Shown: one piece after another, positions 19,392-28,445 of the stretch | Layout: each line of letters starts with the position of its first letter | Position numbering within the stretch: position 1 is the first letter of the stretch | Origin: Klebsiella phage K64-1 | Sequence record: AB897757.1 | Length of the DNA: 64,000 nt | Strand: one strand, 5' to 3' | Made by a program: the position numbers and the translations under genes | Notes under the pieces: generated by a model | The model's database searches: none | Seen by the model: the letters and a program-made list of their open reading frames with translations, nothing else | Told to the model about the DNA's origin: nothing

Positions 19392-19860
19392 AACTGGAAT
19401 GCAATGTTTGATTGATTATTTTGAAAATTCTAAATTATGCCCTGAAGTGCTGAGAGGCGATCACACATTTCATTACTACGGTGATGATATTCAGATTATA
19501 GTTGGATTTCATACATTAAAACTTTGTATTATTGATAATAAAAATTCAAATTGTTTTATTTTCTCTCCAGTAAAAATGCGAGAAGATGATATTTGCACCG
19601 AATTCGGGACTATTGTTGCTGTAATTGATGATGATGGTAGAAAAACACATGTATACGATACACTATTCATTGAAAGTTCTACATTGTTTCAATTGAGTTT
19701 AATTCATGATATCAATATTGATGGATTGGATATATTGATGTATAAGTATAGTGAATTACTTGAATTACTAGGGAAATCTAAAATTAATCACAATACTAAA
19801 TACATTAAAGAAGCATGTGATAATTTATCAAAAGCTCACGTGCAATACTCTAACGAATAA
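19363..19860 (+). CDS. FQYST-family paralog, last member of the array
   Basis: ORF of 165 aa containing 'IESSTLFQLSLIHDINIDGLDILMYKYSELL'. Confidence 0.45.
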   Translation: MKMISKNTIKTGMQCLIDYFENSKLCPEVLRGDHTFHYYGDDIQIIVGFHTLKLCIIDNKNSNCFIFSPVKMREDDICTEFGTIVAVIDDDGRKTHVYDTLFIESSTLFQLSLIHDINIDGLDILMYKYSELLELLGKSKINHNTKYIKEACDNLSKAHVQYSNE

Positions 19861-19901
19861 GACACTTCAGGAAGAAGTGCATTTTTTGGAAAGGATGCCC
19901 C

Positions 19902-20378
19902 ATGGAAAAGACCAGCATCATCGAAAATGGTGATATTAACGATATTTTATCTTTGAATGGATTTAAAATTCATGATATAATGTTTTCAGTGAGAGACATA
20001 ATTCAGTGCTTATTTTTATGTAGTAAAACAATGTACGATTATTATCATAGTGATTTATGTAATATGTTTGTCATTACTATCAGTACTGAAAACTCTTTTG
20101 TATTATCTTTTCCAATGAATACCAATGAAGAATTCATTCAAGCAGTACTAAGAAATGATAATGTAACTAATGCACAAACTGAAGTTCATAGAAAGAAGAA
20201 TACTTATACAATTAAAGATGATAAAATCATTATGTTTGTTAGTAAAGGTTTTATCATGGATAACTTCATTGTTAAAGAATCTTATCATGATTTTAAAATT
20301 GAACCTGATAGTTCTAAAGTTATGATTTATGCTAGTGATATTGAATCAATTACAGTATCTGATCCTGAACTGGAGTAA
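19902..20378 (+). CDS. hypothetical protein
   Basis: ORF of 158 aa with no family motif. Confidence 0.4.
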   Translation: MEKTSIIENGDINDILSLNGFKIHDIMFSVRDIIQCLFLCSKTMYDYYHSDLCNMFVITISTENSFVLSFPMNTNEEFIQAVLRNDNVTNAQTEVHRKKNTYTIKDDKIIMFVSKGFIMDNFIVKESYHDFKIEPDSSKVMIYASDIESITVSDPELE

Positions 20379-20382
20379 TATT

Positions 20383-20523
20383 ATGTCAAAGAAAAATAAA
20401 ATAAACAACTACGTTGCAAAGTACTGCAATGAGTTCAATAAAGCTCAAACTCACGTAGATCGTAAAAAAGAATTCAAAAAGGGTAAAATCAAACACAAAG
20501 GCGGGAGTGAATACTTCCGCTAA
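20383..20523 (+). CDS. small basic protein (47 aa, MSKKNKINNYVAKYC...)
   Basis: Internal ATG of track ORF 20329..20523. The product is Lys-rich. Confidence 0.3.
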   Translation: MSKKNKINNYVAKYCNEFNKAQTHVDRKKEFKKGKIKHKGGSEYFR

Positions 20524-20557
20524 TTTTTCGCCTAAATTTCGAGAAGAATAACATAAT

Positions 20558-21451
20558 ATGAAAGACTTTTTAAATTTCTCTGTACTATCTGTAAAAGAGC
20601 ACTTTGATATAATTAAAGGAAGCTCTTTAAGCAATCCACCATTTAATTCAATTCATAAAAAAACTTATAGAAATGCAATAATTTATGAACTAATGGACTA
20701 TGATATTTGTTTTTATAAACACGACGGTGATAGTACTGAATTTAGTATTCAGGATCATTCATTTAATCTACCGTGTTATTCATTAGTTGAATCAAGAAAT
20801 TATAGTTCTTATTGTTCACATGATTATTCGTACAGAAAAGATTTATACACAAATGAATTGTCTTACAAACAATTCACATTAAATGGTATTGATTATGCAA
20901 AAAACACATTTAATGCAAGTGTAAGATATCACAGTATATCTGATAAAATCAAATACAACCGAATTCTTACTGACTATAATTACTGCATTCGTTCATTATA
21001 TAGTGATATCAATAATATAAGTGCAACTGCAATTGAATCAGAATTCTTCAACAGAAATTTTCAAATTTTAGAAAAATCTAAAATTAGTACTGGATTTGTA
21101 TTCGAATCTAATTTTGATATTAGTATACCAAAAGAAAATAATAATAAATTATTAACAAGTGTTCACGTTAATCTAAAGAAAGAAACAAAAGATAGTAACA
21201 CATTATTTGAAATGAAATGGAATTATGATGATAGATTGGTATTTGAATTAGATACACCAGATGCAAGTATTATGCATTTATATAATACACTATACACATT
21301 TCAATCTGAATTGTTGTTTGGTAAAACCGATTATTATCATTTTAAAAATTCATTAATTTATCTGGAAAAAATATTAGAGTATTATAAATCAGAATTACCC
21401 ATAATCAGTATTGTGTTAGAAAATATTAAGAGGAACAAAGATGGAAACTAA
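20558..21451 (+). CDS. hypothetical protein
   Basis: ORF of 297 aa with the RBS-like aagaataacataat upstream. Confidence 0.5.
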   Translation: MKDFLNFSVLSVKEHFDIIKGSSLSNPPFNSIHKKTYRNAIIYELMDYDICFYKHDGDSTEFSIQDHSFNLPCYSLVESRNYSSYCSHDYSYRKDLYTNELSYKQFTLNGIDYAKNTFNASVRYHSISDKIKYNRILTDYNYCIRSLYSDINNISATAIESEFFNRNFQILEKSKISTGFVFESNFDISIPKENNNKLLTSVHVNLKKETKDSNTLFEMKWNYDDRLVFELDTPDASIMHLYNTLYTFQSELLFGKTDYYHFKNSLIYLEKILEYYKSELPIISIVLENIKRNKDGN

Positions 21452-21749
21452 TTTTAAAATTGTATTCAAGGAATTTTTAATTCCATACCTTGGAAAGAGA
21501 TTTATTCCTTATAATGCAAAGAAAGTACAACACCCAGATGGTACTGAACTGTATTTGGTTGAAAGTACAGAACAAGATGCACTTGATTTATTCCTAATGC
21601 ATATCAAGAATGCAAATTCAGACGTTTATAACAAATATTTTGAGTACTTGTATAATGAATATATTCTTGAATTCCAGGATGAAAATATGTTCAGATTAGC
21701 AATGAGTGATTATTCTGAATGGTCAAATATCGTAATTGGAACAAACTAA
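21441..21749 (+). CDS. hypothetical protein
   Basis: ORF of 102 aa whose start overlaps the upstream gene. Confidence 0.45.
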   Translation: METNFKIVFKEFLIPYLGKRFIPYNAKKVQHPDGTELYLVESTEQDALDLFLMHIKNANSDVYNKYFEYLYNEYILEFQDENMFRLAMSDYSEWSNIVIGTN

Positions 21750-21772
21750 ACTAAACAAGAAGGATTAAAATT

Positions 21773-22159
21773 ATGCGTGATGAAAAGACAAGTAAAATTC
21801 TAAAAGCAATCGGTGGTGTTCTTATTATTGATGTAAAAGGAGAACCAAAACTTTGTGCTATGGAAGATCTAAAAAAATCAAAATTCTTTGATATTGGATC
21901 ACTCTTCAATGCTATCCGAGTGCTGAATAATAAAGAAGTTGAAGATTATGGTCTTAAATGGCCTACATACCGTGATGCTTCAGGTGAAATCAGCAATTCA
22001 TGGAAAACAATTCAGGAAGTACACAGTCGTTCTGATAATGATTGGGACTTTATCGTTGCTGTCTGTGAACAACTAAATGAAGAAGTACCTGAAGTACTGG
22101 AGAAATATATTGTATTACAAAATCTGGATAGTTTTCGTAATGGAACTTTGCAGTACTAA
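21773..22159 (+). CDS. hypothetical protein
   Basis: ORF of 128 aa with RBS aaggattaaaattATG. Confidence 0.5.
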   Translation: MRDEKTSKILKAIGGVLIIDVKGEPKLCAMEDLKKSKFFDIGSLFNAIRVLNNKEVEDYGLKWPTYRDASGEISNSWKTIQEVHSRSDNDWDFIVAVCEQLNEEVPEVLEKYIVLQNLDSFRNGTLQY

Positions 22160-22189
22160 TTAACAAAAAAAACATAAAGGAATATAATA

Positions 22190-22477
22190 ATGAAAGAACA
22201 AGATATGGATATGGAATACGATTTTATTAAAATTGAAGAAGGTGAAGAGAGTGAACAAGTAAGTACACAACTTGTTGCTAATACAAAACGTTCAATGATT
22301 GCCCGCAAACCAACCAGAACGCAGGAGGAATATGAATCGTTTATTGAATCAAAATACACAGAAGTCCATTATATGCAAGATGGTACACCATATGACGTCA
22401 CCGTTACAGTACTGAAACCTGAAGTTAATGATCTTGAAGGCTTAAAACAGTGCTACGCATACCAAACACGTAGTTAA
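22190..22477 (+). CDS. hypothetical acidic protein
   Basis: ORF of 95 aa, rich in Glu and Asp, with RBS aaaggaat. Confidence 0.45.
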   Translation: MKEQDMDMEYDFIKIEEGEESEQVSTQLVANTKRSMIARKPTRTQEEYESFIESKYTEVHYMQDGTPYDVTVTVLKPEVNDLEGLKQCYAYQTRS

Positions 22478-22549
22478 TATATTAAAGGCAGAGATGTACT
22501 CTTCTCTGCCAATTTTTAATTTAAAACAAAAATAAGGTTTAGTAGATAT

Positions 22550-23410
22550 ATGAAATTATATTTTTTATTTTCTTTTGCTGAAGATATGTATGGATTTGCA
22601 GAAGATGCAGAAAGTGATGGAATCTCATCACATACCAGGCATCAAAAACACCCACATGAGTTTTATAATAATTTATTCATGTTTATGCAATATAAAATTT
22701 TCTCATCTGAATTTGATAATTTAGATCACCCATGGGAATTACCTTTAATTGATATTCCAGACGAATACGTATTTCAGTTCATGTTAATGGGTCTGGAAGA
22801 CTATGACTTAGTTGTTTATAACTACAGAACTAAACGCATTATGCTTGGAACTCACGATAGTTCCATTGTATATGTTTCAAGTACTAATGATGAGTTAGCG
22901 TCTGATGAAGGTAATTATAGAAAATCTTATGGTTATATAGAAAATGATAATGATTTTATTTTAGATTTTCGTGTATCAGAAGAAGAAAGAAGAAAAAGAG
23001 AAACTTATCAAGTGGAGTTAAAACCAGATAATGGTTATAATGAAATTTTGGAAGTACTTAAACCATACTACCTTGATATTGTTTATAAGAAATATAAACG
23101 CCTGCTAAATCATCTTAGCGAAAAAGAACCAATTGGTTTTGAAACCAATTCATTACGTAATAGCATCATATTTCCACCTAGAGTAATGAAATATGGTGAA
23201 GTTTCTAAACACAAGATGAAACTATATCCAGATGATATTGAAGTTCTATATCATTCGTGGTTGAATAATGATGAACTATATGTAGAAAATAAAAAGTTAA
23301 TGCGTATAAGTAATAATGATGATAGATTGCTACAAGCGTGGTATAATGATTCATATTCTGCATTTACTGACAGTAATTCTGAGTATTGGAAGAATACAGG
23401 ACAAAACTAA
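22550..23410 (+). CDS. hypothetical protein
   Basis: ORF of 286 aa followed by a strong terminator. Confidence 0.5.
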   Translation: MKLYFLFSFAEDMYGFAEDAESDGISSHTRHQKHPHEFYNNLFMFMQYKIFSSEFDNLDHPWELPLIDIPDEYVFQFMLMGLEDYDLVVYNYRTKRIMLGTHDSSIVYVSSTNDELASDEGNYRKSYGYIENDNDFILDFRVSEEERRKRETYQVELKPDNGYNEILEVLKPYYLDIVYKKYKRLLNHLSEKEPIGFETNSLRNSIIFPPRVMKYGEVSKHKMKLYPDDIEVLYHSWLNNDELYVENKKLMRISNNDDRLLQAWYNDSYSAFTDSNSEYWKNTGQN

Positions 23411-23414
23411 ACCA

Positions 23415-23442
23415 AGGACGGCGTAAAAACCGTCCTTTTTTA
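23415..23442 (+). terminator. rho-independent terminator
   Basis: Sequence aaggacgg-cgtaaaaa-ccgtcctttttt. Confidence 0.6.
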
Positions 23443-23445
23443 ATA

Positions 23446-23453
23446 TATAAATA
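23446..23453 (+). promoter_or_regulatory. T4-late-promoter-like TATAAATA box
   Basis: Exact TATAAATA immediately upstream of the ORF-free structured region. Confidence 0.3.
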
Positions 23454-23459
23454 TCTGAA

Positions 23460-24130
23460 CGAAAAATAGATTTAAGATATAATGTATGTAATTACAAGGA
23501 TGTTGGATGCACAGGATGTGCATACACTAAAAACCTGATCCACTCGAAACAAGTAGAGGGCAGATGAGTATACCAACAATACGCCGTGTAGAGGATACCC
23601 GTTTAGGCGAGTCGACACGTTAAAGGGCAAAGGTAGCACGATTGCCCCAATCTCTCAGGAGATTGATAGGACGCGAATCCAGTTAAGTCTGGACATTAAG
23701 TGTAAAAGGGAGATTATTTTCTTTTAGATATTTTGGAAATAATCACAGTATTGAATTGCTTGAATAGTTCGGTACTGAAGTGCAAGTATGTTTAAACTTG
23801 TGACCGTTGCATGTGACTGCGATAAGGGGAAACCGGGCAACCCGCCTCTGCCTAATAAATTAAATTTATTAGAATTCGCAATTCAAGGAATTTCGACAGC
23901 TACGAGCTTCAAGGCTTAGCTTTTTTATTTCTCTTCCCCTCCCTGTGGGGGGATGAAAATATCTCGTGCAAACGCCTTCAAGTATTGAAATTCACGAAGT
24001 GAATTGAAATTACTTGTTCTGTAGTCGAACGACAGTGAGACGTGAGAACAAGTAATTTCTGCATGTATCAACGAAGTGACAACGAGTTGATACATAGCAC
24101 TTTAAAACATTATTAAATTCAATAATTAAT
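23460..24130 (+). ncRNA. candidate large structured non-coding RNA or non-coding relic; ORF-free and higher GC
   Basis: About 700 bp with no ORF of 60 aa or more on either strand, in an otherwise gene-dense genome. Composition shifts locally towards GC. Perfect hairpins include aattacttgttct/agaacaagtaatt (13 bp), gtatcaac/gttgatac, gcaca-gga-tgtgc and cccc-tccctgt-gggg. Confidence 0.3.
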
Positions 24131-24150
24131 ATTATTATGGTTTTAAAGAA

Positions 24151-24762
24151 ATGAATTTAGAAGAACAGAAAAAAATCGCTTCAAGAAAACAAAAGAAAGG
24201 AATTGATATTAAGTACTTGAATAAGGAATTTCAAATAGTTCATAATCCAGATAGCTCTTTTTGTGGTTACAGAATACGAACAGAACAAAATACATTATCT
24301 AATATAAGCGAGTATGAAAATGGTACTGAAATAGGAATTATTCATTTCAGACCAACTCAAACTCCAACAATACTCGGAGCTAGATATAAACAATATTTTG
24401 AAGAGAGATATACCAATGGAAACATTTCTATTCATTATACATTTTATAAAAGTGTATTAATTGGTGAATACAAGAAATATGATTCAGATGGGAATTTAAC
24501 ACTAAGAGAATTCTATGATGGAAATGGTGATTGTACTAAAGAAATAAAAGAATTCATTGGTTTTAATGGAACCGATGAGGAATTTATGCATTACGAATTT
24601 AAAGAAGATGAAGAATTTAATATATTAATGAGATATGGTTCTCACTTCAAATTAATAAAAGAAATAAAGTTTAAAACAGAATATTTTAATTACGTATATG
24701 AAAATTGTCTTAAACGTGGTTATATACGTAACGATTTATTGAATAAGAAACACAAACACTGA
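24151..24762 (+). CDS. hypothetical protein, possibly MORN/YwqK-like repeats
   Basis: ORF of 203 aa with repeated Y-x-N-G/D-G-N segments. Confidence 0.45.
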   Translation: MNLEEQKKIASRKQKKGIDIKYLNKEFQIVHNPDSSFCGYRIRTEQNTLSNISEYENGTEIGIIHFRPTQTPTILGARYKQYFEERYTNGNISIHYTFYKSVLIGEYKKYDSDGNLTLREFYDGNGDCTKEIKEFIGFNGTDEEFMHYEFKEDEEFNILMRYGSHFKLIKEIKFKTEYFNYVYENCLKRGYIRNDLLNKKHKH

Positions 24763-24786
24763 ACTAAAATAAAGGAAAATAACTTC

Positions 24787-25305
24787 ATGGAAAAGAAGAA
24801 AAACAAACACGCGGTACACTTCAGTACAAGAAAAAATGATCTATGGACAACACCAAAACCATTGTTTGATAAACTTAATGCTTTGTGGAATTTTACAGTA
24901 GATGTTGCTTGTACTCATGAAACTGCTTTGTGTCTTAAACATTACACACCAGAAGATGATGGTTTATCACAGGACTGGAGCAATGAAACATTTTGGTTAA
25001 ATCCACCTTATAGTGATTTATCTCCGTGGTTATCAAAAAGTGTTGAAGACTATAACAGAGGTGCTACTGGTTTGATTTTGGTTCCAGCAAGAACTGATAC
25101 CAGAGCTTTTCAGAATTTTGCTTCTCCTTTTTGTGATGCTATGTGTTTTATAAAAGGAAGGCTTAAATTTGGTAATCCATTAAAACCAGATGATAAACTA
25201 TCATCAGCACCATTTCCTTCTTGTATTATAGTACTGGATAAGAATCTAACACAAGCGAAAATAGATTGCCTAAAATCATTAGGAAACACTATGGTTAACA
25301 TATGA
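24787..25305 (+). CDS. dam: phage-type DNA N6-adenine methyltransferase (Dam, PF05869-like)
   Basis: ORF of 172 aa containing 'WTTPKPLFDKLNALWNFTVDVACT...FWLNPPYSDLSPWL...LVPARTDT'. The NPPY catalytic motif and the order of conserved blocks match the small phage Dam family. Confidence 0.65.
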   Translation: MEKKKNKHAVHFSTRKNDLWTTPKPLFDKLNALWNFTVDVACTHETALCLKHYTPEDDGLSQDWSNETFWLNPPYSDLSPWLSKSVEDYNRGATGLILVPARTDTRAFQNFASPFCDAMCFIKGRLKFGNPLKPDDKLSSAPFPSCIIVLDKNLTQAKIDCLKSLGNTMVNI

Positions 25306-25838
25306 ATAAATGTATAATTACTTTTGGTAGAATAAATCCAATTCATTTAGGTCATGGGATTTTATTCAATAAAGTACAAGATATTAGTACTGAATTAAAT
25401 GCAGATTTTCGAATTTATCTCAGTACTACACAAGATCCAAAGAAAAATCCACTTCCACCTAATCTAAAACAATATTACACTTCAAATTTTTATCCAAACA
25501 TTAAAGATGTATTGAGTACTGAAAGTAATGTGATTAATATTATGCAAGATTTGGATTCTCAGTACAGTGATATTATTTTTGTTTGTGGATCAGATCGAAT
25601 AAATTCCTTTAAAAAAGCACTTGACAGTGCCAATGGAAAATTATATAATTTCGATTCAATAGAAGTAATTCAGGCTGGGATTGAAAGAGAATGTAGCAAA
25701 TATAGTAGTACTGTAATGCGTTCGTATGCACTTGATGGTGATTACAACTCATTTAGTACCTTTTTACCTGGAAAAGATGTTTATTTAAAAGAACAGCTAT
25801 TTGAAGATGTTCGACTGTATTTGGGAGTACAAAAATGA
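25302..25838 (+). CDS. HxGH-motif nucleotidyltransferase, NMN/NaMN adenylyltransferase-like (NadM/NadR-like)
   Basis: ORF of 178 aa with 'FGRINPIHLGHGIL' (the (H/T)xGH motif) and a C-terminal 'SSTVMRS' (ISSTxIR-like). The NatV N-terminus at 49259 is homologous to it. Confidence 0.55.
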   Translation: MNKCIITFGRINPIHLGHGILFNKVQDISTELNADFRIYLSTTQDPKKNPLPPNLKQYYTSNFYPNIKDVLSTESNVINIMQDLDSQYSDIIFVCGSDRINSFKKALDSANGKLYNFDSIEVIQAGIERECSKYSSTVMRSYALDGDYNSFSTFLPGKDVYLKEQLFEDVRLYLGVQK

Positions 25839-26125
25839 TTCTGTTTAACACCAATGCACTACATTGGGATGAAAATGAAAAAACTGGATTCAGAAAAATT
25901 TCAGTACTGTATAAATCAAACAATGTATTGAATATTATTGCAAATAAAACGAATAATCAATGGATGACACAAGTGGTACCTATGGGTTATTCATATACAA
26001 AAGATGAAGTTGAATTTCTTGTTGAATTGTACAAAATTATAGTACCTGTTATGGATTTTTTAGAACAAGATATCGTAATTACACATTCCGATGTTCTTGA
26101 TTTTCTGGAATCCATAAATGTCTAA
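25835..26125 (+). CDS. hypothetical protein
   Basis: ORF of 96 aa, translationally coupled to the upstream gene. Confidence 0.4.
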   Translation: MILFNTNALHWDENEKTGFRKISVLYKSNNVLNIIANKTNNQWMTQVVPMGYSYTKDEVEFLVELYKIIVPVMDFLEQDIVITHSDVLDFLESINV

Positions 26126-26378
26126 AATAGATATTTCATCTATATTCAATGAATCATGGCTTGAGCTTCGAGATGAACTAGCTATCATTAAATGTACTGA
26201 ATTGTGGTTAATCAAGAGCCAAAAAAAATTCTCAGTAGAATTAAAACATAAATTATATCACGCATATAGAAATTCTCTACCTTGCACCATTAAAACAAAA
26301 AACATTAATTACGATGGTAAAATAATATACTTAGACGATGGTTGTATATTTTATCTGGTAAAATTTGAATACATTTAA
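26118..26378 (+). CDS. hypothetical protein
   Basis: ORF of 86 aa. Confidence 0.4.
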   Translation: MSKIDISSIFNESWLELRDELAIIKCTELWLIKSQKKFSVELKHKLYHAYRNSLPCTIKTKNINYDGKIIYLDDGCIFYLVKFEYI

Positions 26379-26387
26379 GGAATAAAA

Positions 26388-26993
26388 ATGAATACTAATA
26401 GTAATACTTATTTTCGTTATCTACGTCTGGGTCTATCTCTTCGTCCAGTACGTGGTTATTGTGATGATCTGGAAGATTTTGAATACGCGTGGGCTGTTCA
26501 TTGTGAAAATGTACAATACGTACTTAATGATTTTGGTGAATTTGAAAAAGATAATGATGCAACTTCAATGATGAATGCAATTGATAATCTTGATTGTATT
26601 GCTAATTCAGATCGTCATGAAACAGTACTTGCAGTACAGAAATATATTGAAAGCAATCTTCACAAACCGGTTTGGTGTATGGTAAGCACTGAAGAACAAC
26701 TTGGAATTACTTTTGGTAGTGAAGATGGTTATGTTGCACAATTGATTATGGATTTTAGTACTGAAGAAAAATTCATTTCTTATCGTGATAAAATTTATCA
26801 AGCACTATTACGCAGTGGTATCAGTGAAGATCAAGTACCAGAAATTGCACCAATGAAAGATTTTTTCCTTATCCCAAGTGATGAAAAATATGATGCAATG
26901 TTTTATAAAATGAATGTGCCAGGTGTTATTGTTGAACATTTTGATGATGATAATACTGAGTGGTTGGACTTGGGTGATGACGAAGACTATTGA
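26388..26993 (+). CDS. hypothetical acidic protein
   Basis: ORF of 201 aa with RBS aaggaataaaaATG. Confidence 0.5.
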   Translation: MNTNSNTYFRYLRLGLSLRPVRGYCDDLEDFEYAWAVHCENVQYVLNDFGEFEKDNDATSMMNAIDNLDCIANSDRHETVLAVQKYIESNLHKPVWCMVSTEEQLGITFGSEDGYVAQLIMDFSTEEKFISYRDKIYQALLRSGISEDQVPEIAPMKDFFLIPSDEKYDAMFYKMNVPGVIVEHFDDDNTEWLDLGDDEDY

Positions 26994-27377
26994 TGATTTT
27001 TATTGCTTTATAGAAAATACAACTGCACTATTAGAGTATTTTGACAATACTCCTTATCATAAAATATTAGTGCAGGTTTATGATGATCTTTTTTATGAAT
27101 ATGGTAACTATTTTGATTGGTTCGCACATCTTAGTACATAACTTTTTATTACTTCTTAATAACAAAATACAAATTAACTATATTTTCAGAGATGATCCTT
27201 TATATAAAAATGAAATCTCTGATATATACAAGAATATGACAACTGAAATCTATCATTATTACATGAATAAAAAATTCAAGTGCTATTATATCAAAGGAAT
27301 TGTAAAACCAGCAAGGTTATATATATGCACTAAAAATGATATGGTGAGTAAAGTTATAGATATCAAAGATTTAAAAG

Positions 27378-27710
27378 ATGAGGTTCTTAGGGATGAGTGG
27401 TGTTGAATGTGTGAAAAAGAAAATCGAATTTATACAAATGACATGTAAGGTAATTTTCGATTTAGCACACAGTAACAACATGCCAACAGCATTTAAAGAA
27501 GTACTATTATTAAGTACTGAGATTATTTTTGAAGAATATTTCAGTACTAAATTGTATTTATATTATGGTAATTTTTGCAAAATTCACGGCTTTACTATAA
27601 GTAGTTCAAATGGAAGTGTTTATATTTTAACTTCATTTGGTCATTTCGAATTAACAGAAAGTGCTGTAAAAAATTTATATGAATATCCATCAAAAATGAG
27701 AGTAAATTAA
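27378..27710 (+). CDS. hypothetical protein
   Basis: ORF of 110 aa. Confidence 0.4.
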   Translation: MRFLGMSGVECVKKKIEFIQMTCKVIFDLAHSNNMPTAFKEVLLLSTEIIFEEYFSTKLYLYYGNFCKIHGFTISSSNGSVYILTSFGHFELTESAVKNLYEYPSKMRVN

Positions 27711-27910
27711 TGAAAAAATGTTCGTGTTGTGGATCTACTCAAATTGCACGTTTTCGATTAGATTCTGATTGGGCCGTTGGTTGTGGTGATTTCTACCCAG
27801 TTAATGATGATTCAGAATATACTGAAGAACAACTGAAAGATTTTGATAATAGTTGGAGACCAGATTTTGAGTTTCTATATTGTTTGAATTGTAATTCGGT
27901 ACAGGAATGA
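27710..27910 (+). CDS. small zinc-ribbon protein
   Basis: ORF of 66 aa with Cys pairs at both ends, 'CSCCGS...YCLNCNS' (C-x-CC ... C-x2-C). Confidence 0.45.
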   Translation: MKKCSCCGSTQIARFRLDSDWAVGCGDFYPVNDDSEYTEEQLKDFDNSWRPDFEFLYCLNCNSVQE

Positions 27911-28176
27911 TTAAACCACATTATCATTGTATTCACTACTTAGGAACGACTATTTGTAATGAATTTACGAAAAATAAACATCATCAATTCAGTACTGTAA
28001 TACGTGATATATTGTTATACATTGAAAAAGAATTAACATTATTTTATAAAAATACCGTATATACTTATTGTAATAAAAAGTACAAAATACTCAATTTATC
28101 ATTTGATGATAGAGGATTTTTATATGTAATGAGTACTGAATATTATACTCATTTGGTTCTGCATACGGATTTATAA
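27907..28176 (+). CDS. hypothetical protein; tandem paralog of 28176..28445
   Basis: Both are 89 aa with similar Cys/His-rich patterns: 'HCIHYLGTTICNEF...VIRDILLYIEKELTLFY' against 'YCKVVYYLTNSVLNMN...CIRSILDNIEDELNVLY'. Confidence 0.4.
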   Translation: MIKPHYHCIHYLGTTICNEFTKNKHHQFSTVIRDILLYIEKELTLFYKNTVYTYCNKKYKILNLSFDDRGFLYVMSTEYYTHLVLHTDL

Positions 28177-28445
28177 TGAACAAACAATTATTATACTGTA
28201 AAGTGGTTTATTACTTGACTAATTCAGTACTGAATATGAATAACACACATTTTAACTATTCACTATGTATTAGAAGTATTTTAGATAACATAGAAGATGA
28301 ACTAAATGTGTTATATACTGGAAAAACATTCACAAAAAACAATATCCGACACAAATGTAATGGTATTGTTATAACATATGGGCGTATATTTGCTTTATAC
28401 GGTATACGTTACACTTGCTATTTTCATAGGGCTAAATTTAAATGA
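28176..28445 (+). CDS. hypothetical protein; tandem paralog of 27907..28176
   Basis: See the previous feature. Confidence 0.4.
   Translation: MNKQLLYCKVVYYLTNSVLNMNNTHFNYSLCIRSILDNIEDELNVLYTGKTFTKNNIRHKCNGIVITYGRIFALYGIRYTCYFHRAKFK

Noticed and set aside
5848-19860. The paralog motif E-E-G-Y-F-Q-G/S (for example TEEGYFQGS at 6781 and SEEGYFQGS at 8629) fits the potyviral NIa/TEV protease site pattern E-x-x-Y-x-Q-(G/S)
   Set aside because: The window contains no 3C/NIa-like protease. The resemblance is confined to a few members. Most have Y, H, L or N after the Q. The motif is entangled with the DNA-level CAGTAC repeat. I treat it as coincidence. Only a processing assay could revive it.
23460-24130. 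Group I self-splicing intron, as in T4 td/nrdB/nrdD
   Set aside because: The region does not interrupt any recognisable gene. The flanking ORFs are complete and terminator-bounded, and I cannot identify the P7/P3 core by eye. I keep it as a generic structured-RNA candidate instead.
26914-27406. Overlapping track ORFs 26914-27141 and 27080-27406
   Set aside because: The long versions overlap the preceding genes extensively. Shorter internal-start versions (about 26977-27141 and about 27236-27406) are possible but weakly supported, so I did not list them as features.
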